A model generated the notes under the pieces. The model did no database searches, had not been told where the DNA came from, and worked only from the letters and a program-made list of their open reading frames with translations. 64,000 bases of DNA from Squalus acanthias (taxonomy: Eukaryota): assembly GCA_030390025.1 (NCBI GenBank), contig CM059432.1, positions 54,252,001 through 54,316,000 of the forward strand, in the 5' to 3' direction. Shown here piece after piece: positions 50,780 through 61,896 of the stretch (the stretch's first letter is position 1; the number at the start of each line of letters is the position of its first letter). The position numbers and the translations under genes were made by a program.

Positions 50780-51473
50780 GAAGAAAGACTTATCAGTTGA
50801 AAAGTATGTAGATCAGAAGAAGAGAGTCTAGCTATTATTGTTGTTTTTGTGGAGGATAAGAGAAAGAGAAATACGTTAACAGAATTTGAGAATGATATAT
50901 TACAAAGTGGGAAATCAAAGTTCTGAAAAGATTAAGAAATGAGCATGTGAGGCATAGAAACAGATCTAGTTAATTGACATTTTAATAAATTTATTTGATT
51001 CAGGAAAGATCCATGAGGATATAAAAATGGTAAACACAACTCTATTATTTTTTTTTAAATAGGATCAAAAGGGTGTACAAAACTATAGACCATAAAGCCT
51101 AACATCAAGTACAGAGAAAACCTTCAAGCAGTTTTCACAATTCTGAGGGAAGGGAAGGGCATTTGGCAAAGCACAGCTTGATAAAGGACAACCAGCATGA
51201 ATTCAAGAAAATGAGGTCATACTTAATTAACTTACTAGAGGTCTTTGAAGATATCACTGGCATGGTGCAAAAGCGAAAGGCAGTCTATGTTACATACTTA
51301 AAATGAAGTGACAAGGTTCCACAATGGAGATTAAGGTAAAGTAAGACAAAGGGAAAGCTGGTTAGAAAATTGCTTACAAAAACAAGAAACAGAGTAAACA
51401 TAAATTGTGACTTTTCATGCTAGATTGTGTACCCTAGGATTGGTCTTGGGGCCCATGCTATTTGTAAAACATA
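50780..51473 (+). mobile_element. Ancient CR1 RT fragment, continuing at 57658-57720
   Basis: Degenerate NYRP.SLTS, QHEF and VP.G.VLGP motifs. The reading continues as INDLD...SKF after the Harbinger insertion. Confidence 0.65.
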
Positions 51474-51830
51474 GGGTGAAAAATTCGGTATCGACCATTT
51501 TGGGGCGCTGACATCGCCTGGACGCTAACTTTAGCGCCCGGCGCTAATTAGCGCTGGCAAACGCGAAATTGAATTTTAGCGCCCCAAGAGGGAAGTGGAG
51601 CGCTAAATCAAATGCTACACACTTCTCTTAGGGCGCTAACATCGCAGAGCAGGGCGCTACCTTCAGAACACTAATCAAGTTCCAGCGCTGTCAATTAGAG
51701 AGTCCTCAGACAGACTGGTGCTTTCCAGTTCTTAAAGGGGAGGTTCAATCATGCTGCACAGCCTCACTCTGATCATTGCTGCTTGTGAGCTGGGCCTGCA
51801 AGGAGCTGAAAGCCTTCATTCAAGCAATTG

Positions 51831-53726
51831 ATGGCTGATCAGAGGCCCAGAGAGAGAGCTTGCCGGTTTAGCGACCACGCCTTAGAGGCTCTGGTCGCGG
51901 CTGTGGAATACCGATGGGCAGTGCTCTTCCCAGACACTGACAGGAGGCCATTGCCACAGGCCTTTAGGAGGATGTGGAGGGAGGTCGCCCAGCACGTGTC
52001 GGCCAGAAGTGTGGTTCCCAGAACTCCCACCCAGTGCCGGAAGAAATTCAACGACCTCACTCGGGTGGTCAGGGTGAGTAGATGCTTCAAAAACCTTTAT
52101 ATGCCACCATCTCAACCTCACTCTGTGCACACACTGTATAAACTGCCACATCCCCAACACTCACCCACCTACTATGCCTACCTACTAAAAGTGACATGCA
52201 CATCTCACGCCTTGCATACATTAACAGCCATTCAACTATGGTAGGCACATATGCCAAACACATAGCTGCACACTCACTCACACGCTTTCCTTTTTCTTGC
52301 AGGCCAAGCTTGCTCACAACAGGAGGGAGCAGCTATGAACGGGAGGAGGTGAGGTGGACCTGCACCCCCTTACAGACCTGGAGGAGTGAGTGGGCCACAT
52401 CATTGCCGCCCAGGTCGTGGGTGCTGTGGCCGTCTGAGACGTCGACCCCCTTGGGAATAACAACGGTATGTTCATCACCTCTCCCTCTTCTCTCATACCA
52501 CTTCCCCTCACACCACTAGCCTTATCCACTTTCCATCGAAGTATACTTTCTCCATTCCTTGCTCCCTTCCTGCCCCCCTCCCCTGACCTTAAACCCACTC
52601 TTGTGTCTTTATGCTTTCAGATAATCAGCCACCATATGACCAGCCTATCCCTCAGCCTCCCAGTGACGCGGGGGAGGAGGAGGAAGAACAAGCCAGAGCC
52701 TCACTGCCTGTGTCTCCCAAAGGCGCTAGGTCCGATAATGGGGTGACACGGTCGCTGGAGGGGAGCCTAGTACATGGGGCTGATGTGGGTGAAGCTCAGG
52801 GACAGAGCAGGCTGCAGCAACACCATGGGAAAAGGGAAGCTTGGGGGCCATCTCCCCGGAGGGTGAGTTCACACGCGAGTTCTAGCTGCACAGGACTCAG
52901 ATGCGGACCTCGATGTGGAGGCGATGACCACCTGGGCGATGGGCATACACACCGAACTCATGGGTGCAATGGCAAGGGTGCCCGAGAGCATGGATGCACT
53001 GGCTAGGAGCTTGAAGGAGTCCGCCTCCAGCATTGCTCTCATCTCTGCGCACACCATCGAGCCCATCCTTGGCAGTTGGTCGACTCGCAGAGAGACCGTG
53101 AGGACCCAGATCTCATGCCGCATGTCACAGGTGAGGTGGCAGCAGCTATTGCAGCACAGGCTGAGGCAACGCAACAGCTTAGTGCTGTAATGGAGTCAGT
53201 GGTTGCTGGCATGTAATCTCAGACTGGTCTCATGCAGTCTCAGATTGATGCCATGCAAACGCTGACTGCTGCCATCATCGCTGTGTCGCCCACTGTCCAC
53301 CGGGGATCTCATGGTGCCACAGCAGGCCAGCAATCTGTGCTCAAGCAGATTGCTCCAGATGCTGAGGTTCTGCCCCGGGGGAGTGGCAGTGTGTTGGTCA
53401 AGCAGGAAGGTGCTGTCCTCTCTCAGGATGACAGCATTCTTGCTCCCACCTCTGCCACTCCGCCATTGCACTTGCCGCAGCCTGTAACCCAGCTATCCAA
53501 GACTACTGCCGCCCATGCTGAGGTGGTGCAGTCTGCAGCCGGGCCTTCCAGGCCCAGAGCTGGTCGAGGGCGTCCTGCAAGGCCATCTGCAGTCTCTGGC
53601 TCCCAGACTCAGCAGCCTTCAACCAGCCTTGCTGCAGCCACTGGGGCCACATTATGGAGGAGCAGTAGGGTTGGGAGAGGGGGGGAGCTCAAAAGGGGAG
53701 GGAAATCATTGAAGAAGGGGGAATAA
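51831..53726 (+). pseudogene. Harbinger Myb/SANT partner, exons 51831-52073, 52303-52465 and 52621-53726
   Basis: Canonical GT-AG introns. RFSDHALEALV...W.EVA...RTPTQCRKKFNDL, then AKLAHNRREQL*TGGG. In-frame TGA stops and frameshifts. Confidence 0.9.
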
Positions 53727-54190
53727 AGAATACCTTAGTAGCAAATGGGGGTAGTGTGTGTTAATAAAGCGATGTGTTTGTAAATATATTGTGTTTCTTT
53801 ATGAATAGTTGTGTTTCATAACAGATAGTAAATTGTTCATTTGATGATCCACATTTTGTGATGTTTCTCATTTGACCTTTGCCTGGTGATAGGGACCACG
53901 AGCTGGATGTAATGATGTGGTTCTGCTCTGCAAACGCCATGTGATATATCATTTATTGGAAGTGCTGTCTAATGAGGCGCTCACGAACAGCCCTTGCAGA
54001 AGCAAGATTGAGTGGCTCCCTACTCCGTTCCTGCTGCTCCTCCTCCACCGCCTCCTCCTCCTCCGCCTTGTCCTCCTCCTCTCCCTCTTCCTCCTCCTGA
54101 GTTGGACCTGTAGTCCTGGTGGCAATGGCTGGGCCCTCAGAATGGCCAGGTTGTGTAGCATGCAGCACACAACAATGAAAATGGAGACTC

Positions 54191-56151
54191 CAGCAAGCCT
54201 GAGGATTGGGAGCAGTTTAGAGTTCAGCAAAAAAGGACCAAGAGATTGATTAAGCAGGGAAAAATAGAGTATGAGAGTAAACTTGCAAGGAACTTAAAAG
54301 TGGACTGTAAAAGCTTCTACAAGTAGGTAAAAAGAAAATTATTAGTGAAGACAAATGTAGGTCCCTTACAGTCAGAAATGGGAGAATTTATAATGTGGAG
54401 CAAGGAAATGGCAGGGCAATTAAACAAATACTTGGTTCTGTCTTCATGGAAGAGGACACAAATAACTTCCCAGAAATGCTAGAGAACCAAAGGTCTAGTG
54501 AGAAGGAGGAATTAAAGGAAATTAGTATTAGTAAAAAAATAGTGCTGGAAAAATTAATGGGACTGAAAGTTGATAAATCCCTGATCCAGGGCCTGATAAT
54601 CTGCATCCCAGAGTACTAAAAGAGGTAGCCATGGAAATAGTGGATGCATTGGTTGTCATCTTCCAAAATTCTATAGATTATGGAACAGTTCCTGCAGATT
54701 GGAGGGTGGTAAATGTAACCCCACTATTTAAAAAAGGAGGGAGAGAGATAACTGGGAACTATCATCAATAGTAGGGAAAATGCTAGAGTCTATTATAAAG
54801 GATGTGATAACAGGACACTTAGAAAATATCAACGGGATTAGACAAAGTCACATGGATTTATGAAAGGGAAATCGTGTTTGACAAACCTACTGGAGTTTTT
54901 TGAGGATGTAACTGGTAGAATAGATAAGGGAGAACCAGTGGATGTGGTGTATTTGGATTTTCAGAAGGCCTTTGATTAAAGTCCCACATAAGAGGTTAGT
55001 GTGCAAAATTAAAGCACATGGGATTGGAGGTAATATACTGGCATGGATTGAAAATTGGTTAACAGACAGGAAACAGAGAGTAGGAATAAACGGGTCTTTT
55101 TCGGGGTGGCAGGCGGTGACTAGAAAGGTACCGCAGGGATCAGTGCTTGGGCCCCAGCTATTCACAATATATATCAATGACTTGGATGAGGGAACCAAAT
55201 GTAATATTTCCAAGTTTGCTGACGACACAAAACTAGGTGGGATTGTGAGTTGTGAGGAGGATGCAAAGAGGCTTCAAGGCGATTTAGACAAGTTGAGTGA
55301 GTGGGCAAATACATGGCAGATGAAGTATAACGTGGATAAATGTGAAGTTATCCACTTCGGTAGGAAAAACAGAAAGGCAAAGTATCATTTAAATGGTGAT
55401 AGATTGGGAAATGCTGATGTATAAAGGGACCTGGGTGTCCTTGTACACCAGTCACTGAAAGCAAACATGCAGGTGCAGCAAGCAGTTAGGAAGGCAAATG
55501 GTATGTTGGTCTTCATTGCAAGAGGATTTGAGTACAGGAGCAAGGATGTCTTACTACAGTTGTACAGGGCCTTGGTGAGACCACACCTGGAGTACTGTGT
55601 GCATTTTTGGTCTCCTTACCTAAGAAAGGATATACTTGCCATAGAGGGAGTGCAGCGAAGGTTCACCAGACTAATTCCTGGGATGGCAGGACTGTCGTAT
55701 GAGGAGAGATTGGGTCGACTAGGCCTGTATTCACTAGAGTTTAGAAGAATGAGAGGGGATCTCATTGAAACATATAAAACTCTGACAGGGCTAGACAGAC
55801 TGGATGCAGGGAGGATGTTTCCCCTGGCTGGGGGGTCTAGAACGAGGGGTCACAGTCTCAGGATACGGGGTAGGACATTTAGGACTGACATGAGGAGAAA
55901 TTTCTTCACTCAGAGGGTGGTGTACCTGTGGAATTCTCTACCACAGAAGGCTTTGGAGGCCAAGTCACTGAATATATTTAAGAAGGAGATAGATAGATTT
56001 CTAGACACAAAAGGCATCAAGGGCTATGGGGAGAGAGCGGGAATATGGTATTGAGATAGAAGATCAGCCATGATCATATTGAATGGCGGAGCAGGCTCGA
56101 AGGGCCGAATGGCCTACTCCTGCTCCTATTTTTCTATGTTTTCTATGTTTC
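54191..56151 (+). mobile_element. Young 5'-truncated CR1 LINE
   Basis: RT motifs and (TTTCTATG)n tail. Small target deletion relative to the intact homologous transposase at 58912-58945. Confidence 0.93.
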
Positions 56152-56428
56152 TACTGCAGGGCTCCTCCAGAGCGGTCAAGGCAGCGGAACCGTTGCTTTA
56201 GCACCCTGATAGTATGTTTGATCAGGTTCCTGGTGGCGCTATGGCTGTCATTGTATGCGTGCCGAGCAGGAGTATTGGGGTTGCAGAGGGGTGTCATCAG
56301 CCAGGTGGCGAGTGGATAACCCTTGTCTCCGAACATCCAGCCGCGAGCTTCATGTGGTGGTTGCATTAGTGCTGGGACTCCAGTCTGTCGCAGGATGAAT
56401 GCATTGTGGCTGCTGCCAGGATAGTGGG

Positions 56429-56541
56429 ATAAAATAAAAACAGAAAATGCTGGAGATACTCAGCAGGTCAGGCAGCATCTGTGAAGAGAGAAGCAGAGTT
56501 AACGTTTCAGGTCGATGACCTTTCGTCAGACTGGGCGAAGG
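56429..56541 (-). mobile_element. 113-bp hammerhead-bearing retro-insert (second Penelope-type family)
   Basis: 14-bp TSD GCCAGGATAGTGGG at 56415-56428 and 56542-56555. Confidence 0.88.
56497..56533 (-). ncRNA. Minimal type I hammerhead ribozyme motif
   Basis: Reverse complement reads AGU-CUGACGA-A-AGGUC(auc)GACCU-GAAA-CGU-UA-ACU, with palindromic AACGUU at stem III. Confidence 0.8.
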
Positions 56542-57719
56542 GCCAGGATAGTGGGCATTGACAGCGAGGATGCGCTGTCTGTGGTTGCACACCAACTGAA
56601 CGTTCAGAGAGTGGTAGCCTTTGCAGTTACGGAACACCTCTGCATTGTGATGAGATGCCCGCAATGCCACGTGGGTGCAGTCAATGGCGCCCTGAACCAT
56701 GGGAAAGCCCGTTATCCTTGCAAAACCACATGAGCTTTCATCCTGTTTCTCTCTGGTCATGGGGAATGAGATGTACTCCCTTCTCCATCCGTAGAGAGCA
56801 TCTGTTACCTCTCGGATGCAGCAATGGACAGTGAAATTTTTGCAATATCCCCTGTTGAAGACTGGAAGGAGCCGGTTGCGTAGAAATTGAGAGTGACTGT
56901 GACCTTAATTGCCACTGAGAGAGACGTCCTGGTCCTGAGTTGAGGCTGGAGGTCTGCCTGCAGGATGTGGCAGAGCTCTGTGACCACATCCTTGCTGAAG
57001 CGGAGCCTTCTATGGCACTGCTCCTCTGAGAGATGAATGTAGGAGAAATGCTGCCGGAATACCCATGGAGGGTAAGACCTCCTGTTGAGAGCCCTGTTGG
57101 CCCTCCTCCCTCTGGCCACGTTTTGCAATCTTTTCCGCTGCCTCCGATGGTGACGCTGGAGGGCGAGGTCCAGTGCCAGTACAGCCCCCATTAAATGATG
57201 GAAATGTTGCACTATCAAATGTAACCCAAATGAAAGTGGTAAATTTTTCTCAGCCAGAATAGTCATTCAAGTTGAAAACGATCAAATGGGTAAAAGCGCC
57301 TGTCTGCTTGTGTCAAACTGACAAGGCAGCATTGTTTGCCAACAAAATAAAAACGAGAAGTTGCCCCCTTCAGAGCTCATCTGACTGCAAACCACCTCCT
57401 GAGCCTGTCGTTGCTAATGACAGGTGCTCAGGCAGGGGGCGAGAGCATATTTCTGAGCTGGGACGCTGCGCACCCGGATGCCGTCATGATCTCCGGGCGT
57501 AGGAGATCGTGGCACTAGTGGTTACCACCGCCGCAAACCTCCAGCTCAATCTCGCGGCCGTCGGTATGAGCGCCACGCCCGGTCGCAAATTGGTAGCGCC
57601 CCGTTATTGCCCCCGGAGCCACTAACAGGAGGCGCTACGGTACCGAATTTCTCCCCCATAATCTATAAATGATTTAGATGACTGTATTTAAAGAAGATTA
57701 TCCAAATTTACAAATTTTG

Positions 57720-58846
57720 CTAGAACAATGCAAGAGGCCGAGGACGGTGAGGTCTGAGTGGAGCGGTGAATTAAAGTGACAGGCGACTGGAAGCTCGGGG
57801 TCCCCCTTACGGACTGAACGGAGGTGTTCCGCAAAGCGGTCACCCAATCTGCGTTTCGTCTCCCCAATGTAGAGGAGACCACATCGTGAGCAGCGAATAC
57901 AGTATACTAAATTGCAAGAAGTACAAGTAAATCGCTGTTTCACTTGGAAGGGGTGTTTGGGGCCCTGGACAGTGGGAAGAGGGGAGGTATAAGGGCATGT
58001 GTTGCATCTCCTGCGCTTGCACGGGAAGGTGCCGGGCGAAGGGGAAGGGGTGCTGGGGGCGATAGAGGAGTGGACTAGGGTGTCTCGGAGGGAGCGGTCC
58101 CTACGGAATGCTGAAAGGGGAGGTGAGGGGAAGATGCGTTTCATGGTGGGATCACACTGGAGGTGGCGGAAATGGCGGAGGATGATCCATTGAATGTGGA
58201 GGCTGGTGGGGTGAAAGGTGAGGACAAGGGGAACTCTGTCGTGGTTCCGGGAGGGAGGGGCAGGGGTGAGGGCAGAAGTGCGGGAGATAGAACGGACACG
58301 GTCAAGGGCCATGTCAAACACTGTAGAGGGGAATCCTCGGTTGAGGAAAAAGGAAGACATGTCAGAAGCACTGGTATGGAAGGTGGCATCGTCAGAGCAG
58401 ATGCGGCGGAGACGGAGAAACTGAGAGAATGGAATAGAGTCCTTACAGGAGGCGGGGTGGGAGGAAGTGTAGTCCAGGTAGCTGTGGGAGTCAGTGGGCT
58501 TGTAGTGAATGTTTGTCAATAACCTATCTCCAGAGATGGAGACGGAGAAGTCGAGGAAGGGAAGGGAAGAGTCGGAGATGGACCATGTGAAGGTGAGGGA
58601 AGGGTGGAAATTGGAAGCAAAGTGAATGAAATTATCTAGTTCAGGGCAACAGCAGGAAACGGCACCGATACAGTCATCAATGTACCGGAAAAAGAGGTGA
58701 GGGAGGGGACCTGTGTAGGACTGGAACAAAGAATGTTCACATATCCCACGAAAAGGCAGACATAGCATTTCTGGTACATTGATGACTGTATCGGTGCCGT
58801 TTCCTGCTCTCACCCTGAACTAGATAATTTCATTCACTTTGCTTCC
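57720..58846 (-). mobile_element. Penelope-like retroelement fragment (RT C-terminal half plus GIY-YIG endonuclease), with a terminal inversion
   Basis: ORF 57698-58813 contains FFRYIDD, LPFLD, YKPTDSHSYL, KDSIPFSQFLRLRRICS and NLVYCIRCSRCGLLYIGETKR. Inverted arms 58613-58686 and 58773-58846. Confidence 0.93.
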
Positions 58847-60371
58847 CTGGTGGCATTGGCTGGGTCCTGAGGATTGCCAGGTTATGAAGAATGCAGCACA
58901 CAACTATGAAGAGGGAGACTCGCTCAGGCGAGTACTGCAGGGCTCCTCCTGAGTGGTCCAGACAGCGGAACCGTTGCTTGAGCACGCCCATCGTCTGCTC
59001 ACCGATGTTCCTGGTGGCGAGATGGCTCTCATTCTACCACAGCTCAGCAGGGGTGTTGGGGTTACGGAGCGGTGTAATCAGCCAAGTGTAGAGTGGATAA
59101 CCCTTCTCCCCGAGGAGCCAACCACTTGGCTGATGCGGTGCCTGGAAAAGGTCTGGCACACCAGTCTGGTGCAGGATGAAAGCATCGTGGCTGCTGCCAG
59201 GATAGCGGGCATTGACAGCGAGTATCAGCTGTCTGTGGTCACAGACCAACTGGACGTTTAAGGAGTGGAACCCCTTGCGGTTTCGGAAAACCTCTGTATT
59301 CTCATGCGGTGCCCGCAATGCCACATGCATGCAGTCAATGGCGCCCTACACCATGGGGAAGCCTGCTCTCCTCGCAAAGCCCAATGCGCGTTCATGCTGT
59401 TTGGCCCGGGTCAGCGGGAAAGAGATATACTGGCGTCTCCTTTTATAGAGGGCATTTGTGACCTGACAGATACAGCAATGGAACGCGAACTGGGAGATAT
59501 TGGCGATGTCCCCAGTAGCTGCTTGAAAGGAGCCGGTGGCATAAAAATTCACAGCCACTGTGACCTTCACTGCCACCGACAGAGACATCCTGGTCCTCAG
59601 TTGAGGCTGCAGATCTGGCTGCAGCAGGTGGCAGAGCTCAGTGACCACCTTCTTGCTGAAGCGCAGCCTGTGCAAACACTGCTCCTCAGACAAATTAATG
59701 TAGGAGAATTGTTGCCGAAATACCCTGGGAGGGTAAGGTCTCCTGTACAGAGGCCTGTTGGCCTTCCTCTGTCTGGCCATGATTGCCACTCTCTCTCTGC
59801 GTCTCTGTTGCCTCCGATTCTACAGGCACAGGACGACGCCCCGAATCAGTGCAGCCCCCAAAGTCTCTTGGTAATCGAAGTAATGACGGTCAAATCCAAA
59901 AGTACCTGCAAAGTGATGCTCAGTAGCCAAAACTACTTCACACAGCGTTGACTCTATGCAGAAGTCTCTCCTTCTCTCTCTCAGAATCTCTCTCTCTCTG
60001 TCAGAATGAGTGGTGCAAAAATGTCTACCACAGAAAAAGCCAGGAAGAGGCCACCTTTAAATAGCGCCGCCCCAGCCCCTCACCGACTGGGAAACATTCC
60101 AGTCTCCCTGTCGTTGCTTGCGCCAGGCGGAAAGGAGGGGGGCGCCACTTAATATCCGGTCCGGGGTGCCACAAGGGCGTTGCACGCTCGACTGACGTCA
60201 TGATCTGCGGGCGCAGGAGATCGGAGCGGTAGTGTTTAGCGCTGCCGCAAAATGTCTGGTCAATTTCGCGAGCGGCACAGACATCACCGTGCCCGGGCGC
60301 TAGTTGCTTTGCGCCCCATTAGCGCCCTCTTAAGGCGCTAACGGGAGGCGCAAACCTACCAAATTTTCCCC
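58847..60371 (-). mobile_element. Truncated Harbinger H5: transposase (~59860-58847) plus one terminus
   Basis: [28 protein letters not shown] motifs. Terminus 60290-60371 is nearly the same as the MITE end at 24758-24846. Confidence 0.88.
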
Positions 60372-60734
60372 TCAAAATATTTAGCACTGAGGAAAGGAAT
60401 CCAAATAGGAAGTGTGTGAATGGAAATTATTTTTTATACTGAGCAGGAAAGGGATTTGGGAGTCATTGTGTAAACATTGTCACACACTCCGCCCAGTGCA
60501 TAGATACAGTCATTGGTACAGCCTCACGCGATGAGAAGGCAGATCAGAAAGTTGGGCACAGAGGTCAGCACAGCCAATTCACACTGCTGATAATTTTCTG
60601 GTTATTTTAATGACTGGAAAACCAGGAACATCATAATCTGGGTGCATTAACCTTTGCGCGCGATTCTTTGACCTGCACTCCTGCTCAAGGTGGAATCTAC
60701 ACCAGGATCTTAAGTTCCAAATATTTACCCCACT

Positions 60735-60800
60735 GTTCCTGAATCTTACACTGAGCTTGGTTGGAACAGTGTAGGAAGCCAAAGATCAAGTCAGCATTCT
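60735..60800 (-). mobile_element. Tiny degraded Penelope-like GIY-YIG C-terminal fragment
   Basis: LIFGFLHCSNQAQCKIQEQ resembles LTVLGLLHCS at the end of the 57720 element. Confidence 0.35.
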
Positions 60801-60964
60801 TGACAATTGAGTACTTTCTGCTGTTCTTTCTCCCCTCCCCTTGTTTAGTCTTATTAGGGGCTTGTTTACATTTATATCTCATCAGTTGCTATGATTTAGA
60901 AACAGCAGAGGAAAGATCAAATATAACACCTGAAAAATAATGGGTGCAAATTATGAAACACATT

Positions 60965-61727
60965 GGCCCGAAAATTAGACCTAATACGCGAGAGTACGCA
61001 CTGTGTACTCTCGCGTATTAGGTCCCGAATTGCCGGTTTCCTGCATGCACTGCACATGCGTGGGAAACCGGCACTTCGTGTATTGCAAAGGGGGCGGTTC
61101 CTAAGTGAACCGCGTGTGCGCTACAGGTTGTGCGCACGCAGTGCACTTAGTTTTTTTTTCAGGTTTGAACGCGCAGGTAAGAGGTGAAGATTTTACACAT
61201 AAAGAAAGCAGGCGTAGGACCCCCTTTTAACAAGGTAAGTAGTTAATTAAGTGTTATTTTAAATTTTTTTCAACAGGTTTATCTTTTTTAGAGACTTTAA
61301 AGAAAGGTAAGTTTATTTTTATAACTTTTAAAAAGATTTAAAATTTTTTCAAAAATTTAATTTTTTGTTTAAAGTGGTTAATTTATTTAACTATACTTAT
61401 TTTATTAATGTGATGGCTTTTTTTAAATTTAATTGAGGTTTAGCTGTTCTTTTGGGGGCTTGTAGTATTCATAGCTTTGACAGCCCTTGCTGTCAAAACT
61501 ATGAATGAAAGATGGTGTGCTGCCATTGGCTCTAACTGAATCACGTGATCCCAGAGCTCGCACGAACTAATTGCGCCTCTGGGACACGCAAGCACTGCAT
61601 GGTTGCAACAGGAAGAGGCCCTGAAACTAAAGTTCGTGTTGGACCGGAGCAAAAAGGTAGGCGCGGAGTGTGATATCGCAGGGAATCCTTACCCCCGCGG
61701 GAACCATTGATGTTTAATTTCTGGGCC
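60965..61727. mobile_element. Harbinger-type MITE with AT-rich core
   Basis: ATT TSD at 60962-60964 and 61728-61730. TIRs GGCCCGAAAATTA and TAATTTCTGGGCC. Confidence 0.9.
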
Positions 61728-61896
61728 ATTACTTTGTTAATCTGATTACCAGAAATCAAAGAATATAGTAACAGAAACAATGGGAATATTTTATCTATGC
61801 ACCTGGTGGAAACTGGGTGGGTGGGCAGTTAAAATGTCGCAGGTAACTTATCCGCCAATTTACCACCTGTTTCGCGCTGATCCTGATTTTAACCTT

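Larger units (their letters stand above)
53953..57191 (-). pseudogene. Harbinger transposase interrupted by CR1 and a hammerhead-bearing insert
   Basis: [39 protein letters not shown] motifs and acidic tail. Confidence 0.92.
51474..57657. mobile_element. Full-length two-gene Harbinger element H4
   Basis: ATA TSD at 51471-51473 and 57658-57660. 20-bp imperfect TIRs GGGTGAAAAATTCGGTATCG and CGGTACCGAATTTCTCCCCC. Confidence 0.93.

Noticed and set aside
59265..59951. 228-aa plus-strand ORF
   Set aside because: Antisense shadow of the minus-strand transposase.
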